Shown here piece by piece: positions 12,380 through 26,113 of a stretch of 64,000 bases of DNA. Below the pieces are notes generated by a model. It worked only from the letters and a program-made list of their open reading frames with translations. It searched no databases and had not been told where the DNA came from. Origin of the DNA: Ophelia neglecta (taxonomy: Eukaryota). Within the stretch, counting starts at the first letter, position 1. Each line of letters begins with the position of its first letter. The stretch lies in contig OZ260663.1 of the NCBI GenBank assembly GCA_965285935.1, positions 35,092,001 to 35,156,000 of the forward strand, written 5' to 3'. A program made the position numbers and the translations under genes.

Positions 12380-13120
12380 TCATTGTATCGAGTGGACTCG
12401 CGAGAAATAATATGATACAAATTGAGTGTCTCCCATTTCTATTTTAAGTCTGTAGGCCACCTGTATTCGTAGCAGAACTATTAGCGCTGCGTCACCAGAG
12501 AATAAACGAATAACTATCCCATCACCCACGTGACACCCTGCCCCAGTGTGTGTCAGAGCAGCAGCCCCATACAAACAGCCCAGTAGATAGCTGAATACAG
12601 CGTGCCTGGTGTGTACAGTATTTTAAAGGTCATCATTGGAATTGCAGTATAAAAACATTTTTATTATTAGGTTTTGGCTGGTACAATACTGAAGAATCCG
12701 CCTGTCACTTATAATTTGATCAGGGCAACTGAATAGTTGAATCCTGTATTGAATCCTTAACAACGCCAATTAAAGAACAGTGAATGGCGTTTTCCCTGGA
12801 CAAAGGTACTTTTTTTATGGATAACATTTTCTTGATATTGTCTGACGACGACATAACCGTCGGCCTTCCGTTATTGGCGTGATCGGGCAGTTTGCAGGAC
12901 GACTATCACAATGGACGTTGTTATATTAAGCGTGATTTATACACGTTCCGGAAGGCAACAGTAAGTTAATATCTATTGGGAGTTTCCGATATATTACAAA
13001 AGGACAGAGGACGGATAGAATCCGTTCATTCCAGTGATCAGCGACCATGCTGTTAAGATTCTTTAAAAATACATGTAGCACGCCATCAACACCAGGTAGC
13101 GCCATACTAGCATCCAAATA
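12380..13120 (-). mobile_element. Degenerate CR1/L2-type LINE RT relic
   Basis: Motif remnants in the expected order: ALPGVDGVLHVFLKNL (cf. APGPDGI..LK), PANCPITP (cf. PANYRPISL), IRLFSGDAAL (cf. IRLFADD). Confidence 0.55.
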
Positions 13121-13726
13121 TAAAAAAAAAACGTGCTAATGGTATTAGCCTTTAAATATATGCTGATTAACAGCCTGCAATAGGCATATGATTGATGATA
13201 AACTGGAGAAGCAAAATCATACCTAGAATAGTCCAATGAATCTGTTTATTATTACGTCATTAGGGACCGGCAGCCACAGGCGAACATGCATCAACTCCCA
13301 GTTCTCAAAGAACAAATAAAATTGTAATACAAATACAAAAATAAAAACATAATACTGACATTACTTTTTTCCATGATGTGAGTCAGTGCACAAAACGAAC
13401 GTGTCGGCGGTCATCGCTAGGCCGAGATCAAACATACACTCGGAGGGTCCATCTTGGTCTAAGCTCTCTAATAATTTTAGAGACTAAAATGAAAAAGTAG
13501 TGATTTGGCCGGATATTATCTAATTAAAGCAGTGGGAATGGGGCGGGGAACGGTAATTCATTGGTAAGATTTTTGGGGAGGGCAGATAAAATGATTCTCG
13601 CTGACCGTTAGCCCCCCCCCCCCCCCCCCCCGCTCCCTAATGACCTGTTGTGATAGGCTCTTGCCCGTACTATACTGTGTTAGACTACTTATAAAAAGGA
13701 GAAAACACGAGTGGTATAGAATAGTT

Positions 13727-13980
13727 ATCCCATTTCTGCTAGTACACAAATGACTTGTGCGATAAAAAAATATAAACCCCAATTCAGCTAGTACGCGAAT
13801 GACTTTTGCGACAAAAATATTAACCCCATTTCAGCTAGTACGCAAATGACTTGTGCGATAAAAATATTAACCCCATTTCAGCTAGTACGCAAATGACTTG
13901 TGCGATAAAAATATTAACCCCATTTATGCTTGTACGCAAATGACTTTCAATCCCATTTCTACTTGTACGCACGACTTTTT
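13727..13980. repeat. 47-bp minisatellite, ~5 copies (AACCCCATTTCAGCTAGTACGCAAATGACTTGTGCGATAAAAATATT)
   Basis: Unit starts at 13822 and 13869, with degenerate flanking copies. Confidence 0.9.
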
Positions 13981-16619
13981 GCCTCATCAAGATTTAGATA
14001 TAAAACCAACATAAAAATGACATCCATAGCGACCCTGATCAGAAGAGATTACATCTAGTAAGGAAAAACGATAGCTGCCTCATTTCTTATAAATTGTCGA
14101 CCGCCTTGCATATATGTCTTAGCGACTGACACCAAACAGGAACACGATAAAACCTCGAAGGAAGAAAAAAGGCAAAAGAGTGCTTTGCAGCAGACGGACC
14201 ATACATTATCTGCAAAAATGTGCGACCCATGACTAGGAAACAAGTCTCCAGGGAAATATTCCGATACTTTGGGCTTGGGAATTGAAGTGTTCCAAAAGAA
14301 ACGACGACAATTGTACAGGCAGGATCAGGAATAAATTAGCTTTATGCCTTCTCTGGAATACGTATCTTTCTTTAAAGTGGTAAGCACATAAGTAATGCCA
14401 AGTCATAAACATCGGATAAAAATAATAATGTTTCAGCATGTATGAAGAAATAAATATATTTGTTAATTATTAAACGTTTATGATTTTGAAACATATGACT
14501 AAGGCAGACTTATTATGGTGTAACCTCTCTATTGCCAAAATCGCTACATAATTCGACAAGAGAAACAAAACTATCATTAATCTTTTGATAGACCAGTGTA
14601 GAGCAGGCATAGAACAGTTTGCAGTCGTGTTTAAATGCAGTAATGAAAAATAGTCTATGTACCGTAACCTGGGCATGCGCCGTTGAAACAGGAAAGAATT
14701 TTGTTTTTTACAAAGCTTTAAACATGAGTTATAAATCAGTTGTTTCCTCTGTCTTCAAAATGCAGACGGCTTACAGAAGTTAGATGTAGTTGTGTTTGGA
14801 ATTTCAACTTGTCCTAGAATACACTTTATCTGCTCATGACTGTATAATAATCGCGTTTTTTTTACAAATTTCTGGCCCACCCCGAAGTTAACCTAGCTTC
14901 TGCAGCTACAATGGAAAATAGAATATACAAAAATAGCCTCTAACAATATCAATATTTGAAGATGAACAAGCTGTCAGTGGATAACGTGCAGTTTTCGTAA
15001 GACTTTGTTATTGTTTACCACAAGTAAAAAGTATAACTAGAAACACAAATAAACGAAAGAAAACGTCTAAACGCGTAAAGCCTGGGCAGATTGCCAGACG
15101 AGCTTGTACGACTGTATTCCCTTTGCTTGTTAAGATAACATAATCATTTCTTCCTGTAGTTTTCCAGGAAGGCCTCTCCCAAAACCATGTATCATGTTTT
15201 CAAGTCAAAGTTGTGCCAAATGAAAAGGATATTCATGAATGGCACCAGGAATTCTCTGGAGTACCATGTTACTAGTTAGTTACAATTGTTGATAATTGAC
15301 AATGAATGCGCCAAGACCAAGTTAAGAACTATTTATCAAAGGAGTGGGTACGAGTCAGCAACCATACTGTTGATGGGAGCATTAATTTGTGCAATTGATG
15401 CATTCAGATTGATTATTCTTTAAAAAAAACTAGCATACCATAATTTTAGTTATCTTAAACTATGTTTGATCGATGTATGCACAAAATAATAAAATGGATG
15501 AGAATGAATTATACGTTCCATTCTTTTATTATCGAGTCATTTTAAGACAAAAGTTGTTTGTAACAATTGTAACAATGAATAACGTGTCTTCATGCAGAAT
15601 CATTTTAGGCACACACTGATTTTAAACTCAAACTCTTCTTCGATATCATGGCTTATCTCATCCATTTTCGGATGCAAACTCTTATTAAAGGTATGAGTTA
15701 CAATGCTTAACTTTAATCAAGATTAAATAACCATTGATACCTACTTTAATGACTTTGCCGATTCGCCCTCCATGAAACAGTAGCGGATATGAACAGTATC
15801 CATTGTAAAAATCAATGTTCATTCGTCCTGATCCGGTTTCAGGAAGCGGCTATCCACCTTTGTTATTTTTCTCCTGCTCGCATTCTCCACAAACATTTGA
15901 CTAATAGACACTGAGCAGAGCTTTCCCAGACACACGATGCCCATAGCCTTGAATTCGTGGGAGCGGCCGCTGGTGCACTGGGCACAGCAAATAGTGGTGG
16001 GTGTTCCTTGTTGCAATGAACGCTAATCGCCTGGAGGCGATAAAATTAGGATCATGAAGGAAGCTCGGTGCTCGCCTAGCCCTTATGCAATACCCCATGA
16101 TGTATTACCTTCTTTGAGTCATATTAAGTACGTTTTAAGGCTGAAATTATAACTGACGATTCATTAACGAGAATGGCTACTTATCGAGAATAAAACCGCA
16201 ATTGGTATTTGCCACGTATTTGAGCTATCTTTCCTTAGTTTTCTTCATCAAGCCTTGAGAAACATCAACGTTGCTTCAAACAAAAAGCAATGAGCCGAAG
16301 ATTGTCTGCGTGTAATGTCAATATCAAAATAAATTAGAAAACATGAGAGCACGCGTGTAGATGGACATTATATCCATATTTTATACAAATCGCAAAATAC
16401 ACATTCAATATATAAGTGACTGTCTTTGTGCGACATCAGTCATTCGATTATAAAACGCTAGTCTTTGCTAACTGTCTCAGTATTTCATCGGCTGTTGGTA
16501 CCAGGCTCGCTTCAAATGCTTATTTTTTTCTAGAGAAACTAGGGTGTTTGTAGCGAAATTATCCTAGCTAAGCTTGGCTGATAATTGCAAGTTGCTTGAC
16601 TGGCCATAAACATCTAATT

Positions 16620-17200
16620 CAGATAGCATTTCTGAGTATATTGTGTGCAAAGGTCATTTTTTATGTTGGATAGGCGCGTTACCAACAGCCGATTAAGCAC
16701 TGAGAACAAGCTCTTTCCGGTCCATCTGACCTTGTAACCCGAATAGCCTGACCTAGTAGCATGCTTCCGGTCATATATCTTCGTTTCTTTGAGCCTCATT
16801 GATGTCCTGAAATGGTTTAGATTTGAAATGGACAGTTGGTCTTTTATCCTTCTTGTGCCCTCTACTAGAACTGGGGCATCTGTGCTCAACGGAGATCTGC
16901 TCGAGTTCATAACCGCTGAATTTCGCAGATATTAAGTCGCCCAAGTGCTGCCGAAGGTTCCGATACCATTACAACGTGGCACGGCTGTTTGGAACACTAT
17001 TTTCATTGCACTTTGTCCATTATTTTTCAAAAGACAAGAGTTTGTTTTAACGATCGCATGATTTAATCTTCGGACTGCTTTAGGAAACCGACATGAAGAC
17101 AACAGCATCTTCTTCATCAAAAGACGCACTATGCAACTATCTATCAAAGTCAAACAGTAACAGGCGAATGCGACCTGGCACCATTTAGCTCACTCCAGTG
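16620..17200 (-). mobile_element. Very degenerate LINE RT relic
   Basis: RFPKAVRRLNHAIV (cf. DFxKAFDxxxH), followed by STDAPVLV..QLSISNL..LKETKI (cf. YADDxVL..LQ..KTKI). Confidence 0.35.
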
Positions 17201-17439
17201 CGAATTATAGATCACTACAACTATGTCCATAGATCGACATGTTTATAACGAAAGAACTCAACGTGTACTTAACATATAGTCGAATCAAACTGGGGGCATT
17301 CCATTGTTTACACACGATATGTATTTGACTGTGTTTTATCGTTACGATATCCATTCCCGTTATTAGTACAAGAGAAATATTTCTCGTAGAGAGGAAGTGT
17401 TAGAAGGGGAGAGGTGCCATGAGTCGGGATATGACACAT

Positions 17440-17830
17440 TACTTCCGGGAAACCTCTCGTAATTGATTAATCACATCGGCAAGGGAACGCTTGGTTCTCC
17501 CCTAAAATCCGGAGATGGGTTGTTCCGTAGCATTGCCATCTCAATAACCTCTAAGTAAATGAACCCTAGCCAGTGCGCAGCTTCCCGCGCGCAACTTCCG
17601 GTAACCCCTCCAACCAATTCCAGTGCCCCTTACTGGCTATATCCGGGGCGTCAATACACATGACATTCTAAAGACAAGATTATAAAGTAGAGTTGTAAAG
17701 TTCTTCTCATAAATCGTATGATTCTCGCGAATAATGGGTACTTACCTTACCGTAATATAAGTGGCAGTTGGTTAAAACACAAAAAGACGTGCATCGCTTT
17801 ACTGAAGCGAGGTGCACGGAACGAAATAAA
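17440..17830 (-). promoter_or_regulatory. Possible gene A promoter or non-coding first exon
   Basis: Minus-strand TTCAGT Inr-like at ~17803, tandem GTAAG donors at ~17746-17751, and a CpG-rich patch with ACTTCCGG (ETS-like) motifs at 17441 and 17594. Confidence 0.3.
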
Positions 17831-20800
17831 CAAAATTGTCTTTTTAGCGTACCTCAAGCCACAGTGTTATTAGATTTACCCACGCACACTATTTGCTAAG
17901 TTAGACAAGCCCTTTCGTTTCAACGTATGAAATAACGTCAATGAACCTGGTCCAGTATTTGTTTAAATACACGTTAGGTTGGCCATCATCCACATCTTTA
18001 CCTGAGACAGAATTGATATTCATTCAAGGAGGATTTATCCATTGAAATTTACAATACCCAACTAGTAAAACAATTCTATATATAAATAATAAACTCTTAA
18101 TAATTATAAACAATGTACTATGTATGTTTGTAGGTTCTCAATTTTTGCTCATATTATTAAATACTCATACTAGCCTATAAAATCTGTTTCAGATTCACCA
18201 TTGATCATGAGAACTGCGTTATTTGGCAGCCTGCTTTGTCGGAGATCTTCAGAACGACTATTCTATTTCGTTCTCAGCGATCATATAGTATAAGCAAGTT
18301 GGAGATTATCAAAAGCATAATATGTGTTTATCATGGAAGGCAGATAAACAGATCAACCCCCGGCATTACCGTGAGCAGCATGGTTTACATGACTGTATAC
18401 AGTTGGCCTGTTTTGAATCTACTCTCAGGATGGTATTATGATGTATACGCTGCAGTTCATATGTCATCACCCCGGCATATTGCGGAGATATTATCACGAC
18501 AGAAAGCAGTTTATCATATATTCTACCTGTTGCCTACGGTATGTTCTAACCCACGGTCTGGTGTTTTCATATTATATTGCATCTTTCTGCTCCTAAAATT
18601 AACCTTTGCATCTTTACCCTCGAAATTGGACACTCAAAGTTTTAAGCATTGATACTACTTTTAAAGATGTTCGGGGAATGTTATTATCAGAAACCATTGA
18701 CATGTTGTGTAATGGCAACACAAAATATAATGTGTCATATTCCAAATCACGTAAATATAGATAAACCTATAAGAAAGAGAAATCGAGCTGTTTAATCCCG
18801 TCAACTTGGTGATGATCTACTTAACCAGGTCAATTATTTACACCATCATGATCAACAAGACATAATTACTAAATAATAACTTCCTGTCCAGTAAAATACA
18901 GTTGAGCATTGTCCATAAACATTTCACAGGTGAACAATGAAAATAAAATAATCAATATCTGGAGAGTGTGTACAGACACGGTTTTATCGTTTACCTATTT
19001 TATGAACAAATGTTCAGTTGCACGACTGAGACCACATTGAGCATTGGCGTCGTTTAATCACCTACTTCATAGTGTTGTCACAAGGTGTGTTGTGGAGGGA
19101 GGTGGAGGGGGGGGGGGTAAGACAAAGAACACATGTTTCAAACGTATTATGTTCGTCTTAGAGGACTTGGGCCACCATGAGCAGTGTCCTCTCTATACAT
19201 TCTGTTTATATAGGTTATTGTATATGTCTTTTCGCATTTAATTTGAGTAGTAAATGTAACCAATGACCTTATCATTATTTTAACAAATATTGTATTAAGT
19301 GAACAACAGTATTCATATATCACGCATTAAACTGCGAGTTAATGAACTCGGAGATTATGGTTACAAATGGTTTCACAAAGTGCGCGACATCGCGTTTCTA
19401 CTGCCCTAGGCTAAAACACGTATCCCGACCCTCACATTCGCACACTGGGTGCGAATGCGCCACGCTTCAGGATGCGGTGAACACAAGCATTCACACCCTA
19501 GCTTAAGATTCGTATAGATACACCTACGTTCATTCGGAACCAAGAATTCTGGACGGTAGAGAAGATACTAATTCAATGAAGGGCCGTATTGTAGAGTCAT
19601 GCGTTTTACATCCTTCTCTGGCCGTGCTTTTGTTGATACAATTTCGTATTAAATCTCAAAATTATGAGAGAGCTCAGTCCATCAGTCTAGGGCATAATTC
19701 ATCTCTGTTCTGAGTTGAACACCAGAAGTCTGTTAAATACTCCTTATTGCGAGTGATATTAATATTAATTTATTATTATTAATTTAACAAGTTTACTTAC
19801 TGTTGGGGCACTGGGAATTGATATTTATGGACATGTAGCTGGTAGTTCCTGGTAATTTTGTATCGATTTAATAAACTATCCTTTGTTTTATCTCCCAGGG
19901 CTTCTAATGTCGCTTTAGACTTGTACTCGTACCTCGGGCCTGGATTCATAGATTGGTACACAGGTTGGGGTAACCTCGTGACTTTATTCGGATGTATTCG
20001 TAAACATATTGGTTTTTAAATAGGTGCAGACGTATCGCATATTAAGGTCGGGTTGGTACTTTAAATAGGAGCAGGGTCTCGGCTAGTTGTTCGGATCTAG
20101 ACTAGAATAGGTCTATCTTTAAACGCTGCTGACACCAAGAAACCACAGTACAGTTCGTTAATATTGGCTTATCTGATACAAATGGTCCATGTCTGATTCA
20201 TGTCTGCTCTAATGCGAGAAGGTTTTTTGTCATGACAATTTTAACTGATATCTTTATACTGTGAGTCATTATTGGTGGCAACAGAAAATAATTAACAGTT
20301 TGAGCTATTTAAATAAAAACAAATTAGCCAATAAGTTTCTACTACAACATATCCATCTACTTAGTGATTCGAGTAAAACACAGTTTAGCATCCAGACTCT
20401 ATGACCCTGAAGTAAATGTTAAGAACTCTGCAGGTCATATATAGTTGTTTTCTCCATAACCAGCCGTACTAATGGGAACAGCAGGCGCATCAAAATGATG
20501 GCAAAAAGTAAAAAGAAGCATTGCTAATTGCGCGGCTACAGTCGGAAATTCGGTAAAAGGATGCAGAATATTAGTTCCGGTGAACATTTTCTCTGCCATC
20601 ATTAGGAGTTGCACAGTCAGACGCCGGAGCTTTAAAGAGAGACGAGCCCTTTTATGTTTAATTTGTGACCGGTTATTACTGGGGAAAGCGCGAAATGCTG
20701 GAGAGCCCAACCGTCAAACAAATGACATTAAAGATGGACCAGCCTTTAAGATCTGGTTTGCGTGCTATGCATGCATGCAGTCTTAAATATTTTGTACCAT

Positions 20801-22339
20801 GATCAACATTGAATTAAACATATCACTTGAGTCATAAACATTGAACGTTTTTTTCCTTAAGGAGAGCACTGTGGATTGACTACCGACGCACTTCCGACAT
20901 GAGTGTGATAATGGTGAAATCTACGATCGCTAGCCGTAGTAGTTAACCATATTTTCAACATGGTTTATACGTTTAACGGTGACCACGCAGTAACAGGTGT
21001 TGTCACGTTCCAAATGCGGAGCTTTTGATCGAACTTAATTCCCTGCTTCATACTGGTGCCGTTTGACGTATACTAGTGCAACGTAGATTTAACACAGAAC
21101 AACCAGAAATGTCCATTTTCTCCATGGAAACAGATTAAAAGATATTCCCGACCAGCCTTCTAACAATTATTAAGCGTTTTATTACCATTAAAGGTTCGCA
21201 CAAAATTGGTTAAATGCCGATTATTGCTGGTTTAGACAAGAAACCCCGATGTACTGACAAGCATTAAAAGACAGAACAAATGGAATCAAAGGCACGGCCG
21301 CCGAAAGATAAAGCATCTGACTCGAACACGGGTAAACATCAAATCTTTATTGCCTCAATAAAAAAATAGACAATATAAACCCAAAAAAACACTTTTTGGG
21401 CAGTGGATTGAGGGTTCTGTGTGATAGATTTTTTGGCTCTATTAGGCATCGTTTTGGTTAGACGAGGCCACTATGTGACATTTAGACATGCTGAAAAGAT
21501 GTTTACCTACCGCAGCAAGATATCGTAGGTCCAGTCATTTTTATAATGGGGCTGCATCGCAGCGGTTAAGTTTACCAATAGTGAAAAGAAACCATATTAG
21601 ATAGGGGGATAGACAAATACTGTCCTTAAACTTTTGAGGAGATAACGAAAAATCTTCTCACAATCATGTCCTAATGATTAAACTATGTACTAAGATCAAG
21701 CCACATTTATTCATACAAGTGGTGATATAAGTCTCAGGATGACAATATACACTTTTTTGAGTTTTCATCGGAACTTCTCTATAGGTGACGCGGAGGATCG
21801 TTTAAAGGTGTAAATACAAGTAGCAATGATCAAGGGATGAGTCGAAGTTCGGGTAGGTCTGCCCAATGGTTATTTAATCTTCACTAAAAAAAAGTCCATT
21901 TGAACACAGAATGCGTGAGCGGCTGGGCTTTGCCGTCAGTTCTCTTGCGAATTGGTAAAGTTCACATGGAGTTGTTTCTCTAAAGCAAGAAATTTCTAGT
22001 CTACAATACCCCCCCCCCCTCCCACGCACCCCACTTGCAACCTCAAACTACCTTTTGCCAGGTTGCTCTAGCATTGGAAAATGGTCATTGCTGATCACAG
22101 CCAAGTGGCTCCCTTTTACCCCGAATTGTCACTTATTACTTGCAAGTTGAAATTGATAGTTCCAAGAAACAGTGCGTTATATGGTAACTGGAAATAACTG
22201 CCCCGCTGGCACCGTGATCAGGGTTCCCATAACTCATTCCCGGACGTTTCTGGAGCAACTCCCAACAGTGTTCGTGGTTCGCGCTATAGTTTTACACGCG
22301 GTCGCTCTGCGGCGGTCCTGACTTTGCCAAGCGGCAATT

Positions 22340-22572
22340 GCCTGATGTCATCTTGCGTATAAAACCATGCGTCCGCCTTTGAGCAGACGACTTTTCTCAT
22401 TTGTCGTTGGCAATTTCTACCGAACAAAGGTGTCAGCCTAGGACATTCTTTGGATTAGGTTTAATACAGAATGCTTAAAAGATGGACAACAATGAATGTA
22501 TACCTTTTGCTGGATATTGGAAACCAAGTGATAAACATTGGTTTGATTTACCAGGTGATTCCGGATTAAACG
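22340..22572 (+). promoter_or_regulatory. Putative gene B promoter (TATAAAA at ~22358, TGATGTCA upstream) and non-coding first exon
   Basis: CpG-richer patch with a TATA box and candidate donors at 22554 (CAG|GTGATT) and 22572 (G|GTAGGC). The gene B signal exon has an acceptor, so an upstream exon is needed. Confidence 0.4.
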
Positions 22573-25500
22573 GTAGGCAAGATCTTCTTGAAAACACATT
22601 TTAAACTTTATGTAACCGAAGGAATGGTTTAGGGCCCTTCCTAGCCTACACTAACTACAAAAGGTGCTTCCCAGATATTAAAACCAATCCTTCAAAATTA
22701 TATATAGTTTTTTACAAAAGGGGCAGTATTCAACTCATTCAACTTTGCTTAGTGTACAGATGTTGGCGTCCCGGGATGGCGTCAATGTTACCTGCAAAAA
22801 GTTCGCATGCTTACAAGATAGCGAAAATATTACAAACCGAAGTGTGTTGAAAATATAATACTTATGGTAATGACCAAGTTGAGGTACCACTCATTTAAGT
22901 TTCTCACCGTAGGCGTGAGAACAAAGAAAAAAAAATTAAACAAACATATGTCAGCATTATTATCCATCCCTAATTCGAATAAATGCTCATTTTGCAATGG
23001 TTAAAAACCAATCCATATTATGAGTGATTCCTAGAATGTTATTTCTACAACTTTTTAGACTACTCTTTTAATTAAATAGTAGATGAACTTTGCAGAAGAG
23101 AGGTCTGGATACAAGGCGAACAAGACAAAAATTGTCACTGGGTACGTCGACTGTAGTCTCGTATTTGAGTAAATCCCATCAACTGATCATTATTGCTCGC
23201 TTGACTTTAATAAGAGGTTCGGAATAATCCAGACGGAGACGGTCATAACCTTTGCAATTATCATTGGTCCTTTGGCTTAAAACGCGTTCTCTTATAGCAT
23301 GTCTTGTTTGCATGGAAAGGGCAGTACGTGCTTAATTGTTTAAGGTTTAATACCAGAGTACTACTGTCGGATTGATCTTTACCACCACCGATATAAAAAG
23401 GCTGAAATTAGAAATGGCAAATAAAAAAGAAGAATAAACAGATGGCTTTGTCTGTATGAGGTGTGTGTAAGAAGCTCTTGAAATTAGCATTAAACAATCA
23501 CTATTTACCAACAGAACGTACCACACGGCCATACATTCAGCTCTTCCGGTCGGCGTGTAATGCAAAAGTTTTGAGTCTTAAGGAGATTTCGGTATAAAGC
23601 ATTGGTCCCAGAAACCAGAATCAAATATTTGCTTCTGACCACTGATGTAAAATGGTCGTGATAAATGCACCCTGAAAAAGAAAGCAATGACGTCTCAAAC
23701 CACACTAGGTAAGATATCTATAAATAATATCACCAGCCTTCAAAGAATAATAAAATTCAACCCTCGGAAGGAATATTGTAAGAAAATATTAACGAGTCAG
23801 GCCAGCATGACACGTGCGATAATTCAAAAACTACCTATCAAAAACCCTGTGTAACTTGATATTAATTTAAATCCCATAATGGAACTCTGGAGAACACCAA
23901 AATTTGTATAAGATTCAAAAGAAGGTTTATCATCAAAGGAAACAATGCTTTCGCGGAAAATAGTTTCGGAACCAGTCCGGGGATAAACCCTTATTTTAGT
24001 ATCATTACATGCTGATAAAAAAATGCCATGCCGGACTTGCCTGTCTCTTTAAAATGTAATCCTAATCAAATCTCAAAACACTAACCTGGACAAAACGACT
24101 TTACTATTGACGTTAAGCACATCTGCTCTTAGAAATTTTAAATCCACTTTTACACTGGGATCGAACTTGATATAATTTTTAGTGAAAGGAGCTACTAAGT
24201 ACCATGTTTTGCCGGAAAGAAATAATGCTCATAATTACTCACATCGTGCGCTTGATAAATTGCTTGTTTATAAAAACCACCCCATGCTGACATAAGATTA
24301 AAGCATGTTAGAAATAAGTTACATTTTAGCTGATTGCCAAGATTTCTTTGTCTAGGGAAATCTAGGAGATTTCTTAGTTCCTTATTGATGATTTCGGGTT
24401 GAAACATGCTAATCGGAAGCAATGCAAAAGCTGTTTGGAAGACAGATACAAAGAGACTTCCTAATCATATTTCGGAACATTTCACGAATGAGTAGCAGAG
24501 AAGAATTGAGTGACGACCGATGTCATTATTTTCTCTTATAAGCGCGGAAGCCACGCCTTGGTGGGCGTAAAGGTACGTCCGGCATTGATTCCAGTCGACA
24601 GACTTGAAATAAATGGTTCACAAAAGGCTGAACAATGGCATGAGGGGACAAGCTTGTCATTGACCAACCTTATTTGATCGAGAAAGGCATTCTAAACATG
24701 CATATGCAATATCAAATAAGTAGAATCACCCTGACTTAATAAACAGAAAGACAAACACTCTGACTGTAAAATAAAAATAGATAACGTAAAATTATCTAAA
24801 AGTATCCAATTGTTCACCTCCATTCGCGCGCTAGACCAGTATTTTTTATTCTGGGAACTGGGCGGGCACGAACGTGTCAACGATAAAGATATCAAGCATA
24901 GAGATGGGTGTGAAGGTCAAAATGAACTTAACCACCGTAATTGCATGCTTATTGACATCCAGTAACAATATTTACACATGACAGATGCCAGGAACGTAGA
25001 TCCCTTACAAACGTTTTCCAAGGTCTCTTTCCTGATTACAAATTCAGTTTCAAACGAGTCATTTTCTGAATAAATTGCTTGGCACGGAGGTGCTGGACAA
25101 TTACCATTGACTAGTACTGAATGCATACTGTAGATAGGAGAGAAAAACGAGATACACAGATACATAGAAAAAACGTTGGGTAGGGTTGTGTCAGGGTAAG
25201 GGATAGCGCATATACTTGGGCTTTAAAAACTTGAATTATGCATTTTTATCTCGTATCACGTATTGTATATCAGTTAATACATTATGCCTAAACTGAACTA
25301 TTATGCCATTATTATAAACATATTGTTCTTTAGTAAACTTGATTTTATAGTTTGTCTTGTGCAGTCCGTCTCCTCCTTACTACAAACAAAACTTTCATCG
25401 TTTCTAACTTTACCTTATACCCATACAGATTGGATCTCGCAACTCCTTTTTCCGTAAGAATCAAAACGTTTTATAGTTATTTTCACGGGTTCAGCACATA

Positions 25501-26070
25501 AAGAGACATTAAATAAGTTAAAGGGAATATTGAGCATGGCCTAGACTTACTATGTATAAATCGTTCTCTTCCTCAAGTGCATGTTCAATACATTGATTTT
25601 GATGCTGGCTTCGCCAGACACCTTTGAGTTGGTAGGTCGATTGCTTCGAATAGAATGTTTGTTCCTCAAAGGAGAAGGAACAACAAGGGGGTAGACAATT
25701 GGTTGAGGGGTGCGTTTAGTCATATGTTGTTCTTTTCAACAATATAATATCCTTAAATCATCAGCTAGAAGTCCTAAATATTTGTAACTTACATTTGCAG
25801 TACCTTTTCATTTCTTTTATCCGTAATATTTCAGAAATAGGACTGTGTTCCATGTATGTGAAATTGCTCTAATGGATAAGAATAAGGCGGACGGCTTGGT
25901 AACACATCGCCGGCGAAGCCTTGTAGAGATGGTGCCCTGGGTATGAAACTATCGCTGATTATTCGGGTCCTTATAACTAAGTGGTGATATATGGATTTCC
26001 CGCGAAGAACACGTCCTTGAGAAAACAGTCTTTAGAACATAGTCTTTATTATCGAAATCCTGCCAAGACA

Positions 26071-26113
26071 ATGATACTAATATTTTCACTTCTATCATGC
26101 GCGTTACTGGCAG
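26071..26113 (+). CDS. Gene B signal-peptide exon, coding part MILIFSLLSCALLA; exon probably begins at 25835
   Basis: ACAATG context with an upstream in-frame stop. Donor CTGGCAG|GTAAGG is phase 1. A pyrimidine-rich acceptor ends at 25834. Confidence 0.78.

Noticed and set aside
18236-18652. 138-aa ORF and the other unassigned ORF-track entries
   Set aside because: No recognisable domain, no splice-consistent partners, and mostly non-ATG starts or antisense shadows of real exons.
22471-22572. ATG-initiated exon as gene B's N-terminus
   Set aside because: It has no hydrophobic core. 26071-26113 gives a much better signal peptide with the same CTGGCAG|GT ending as gene A.
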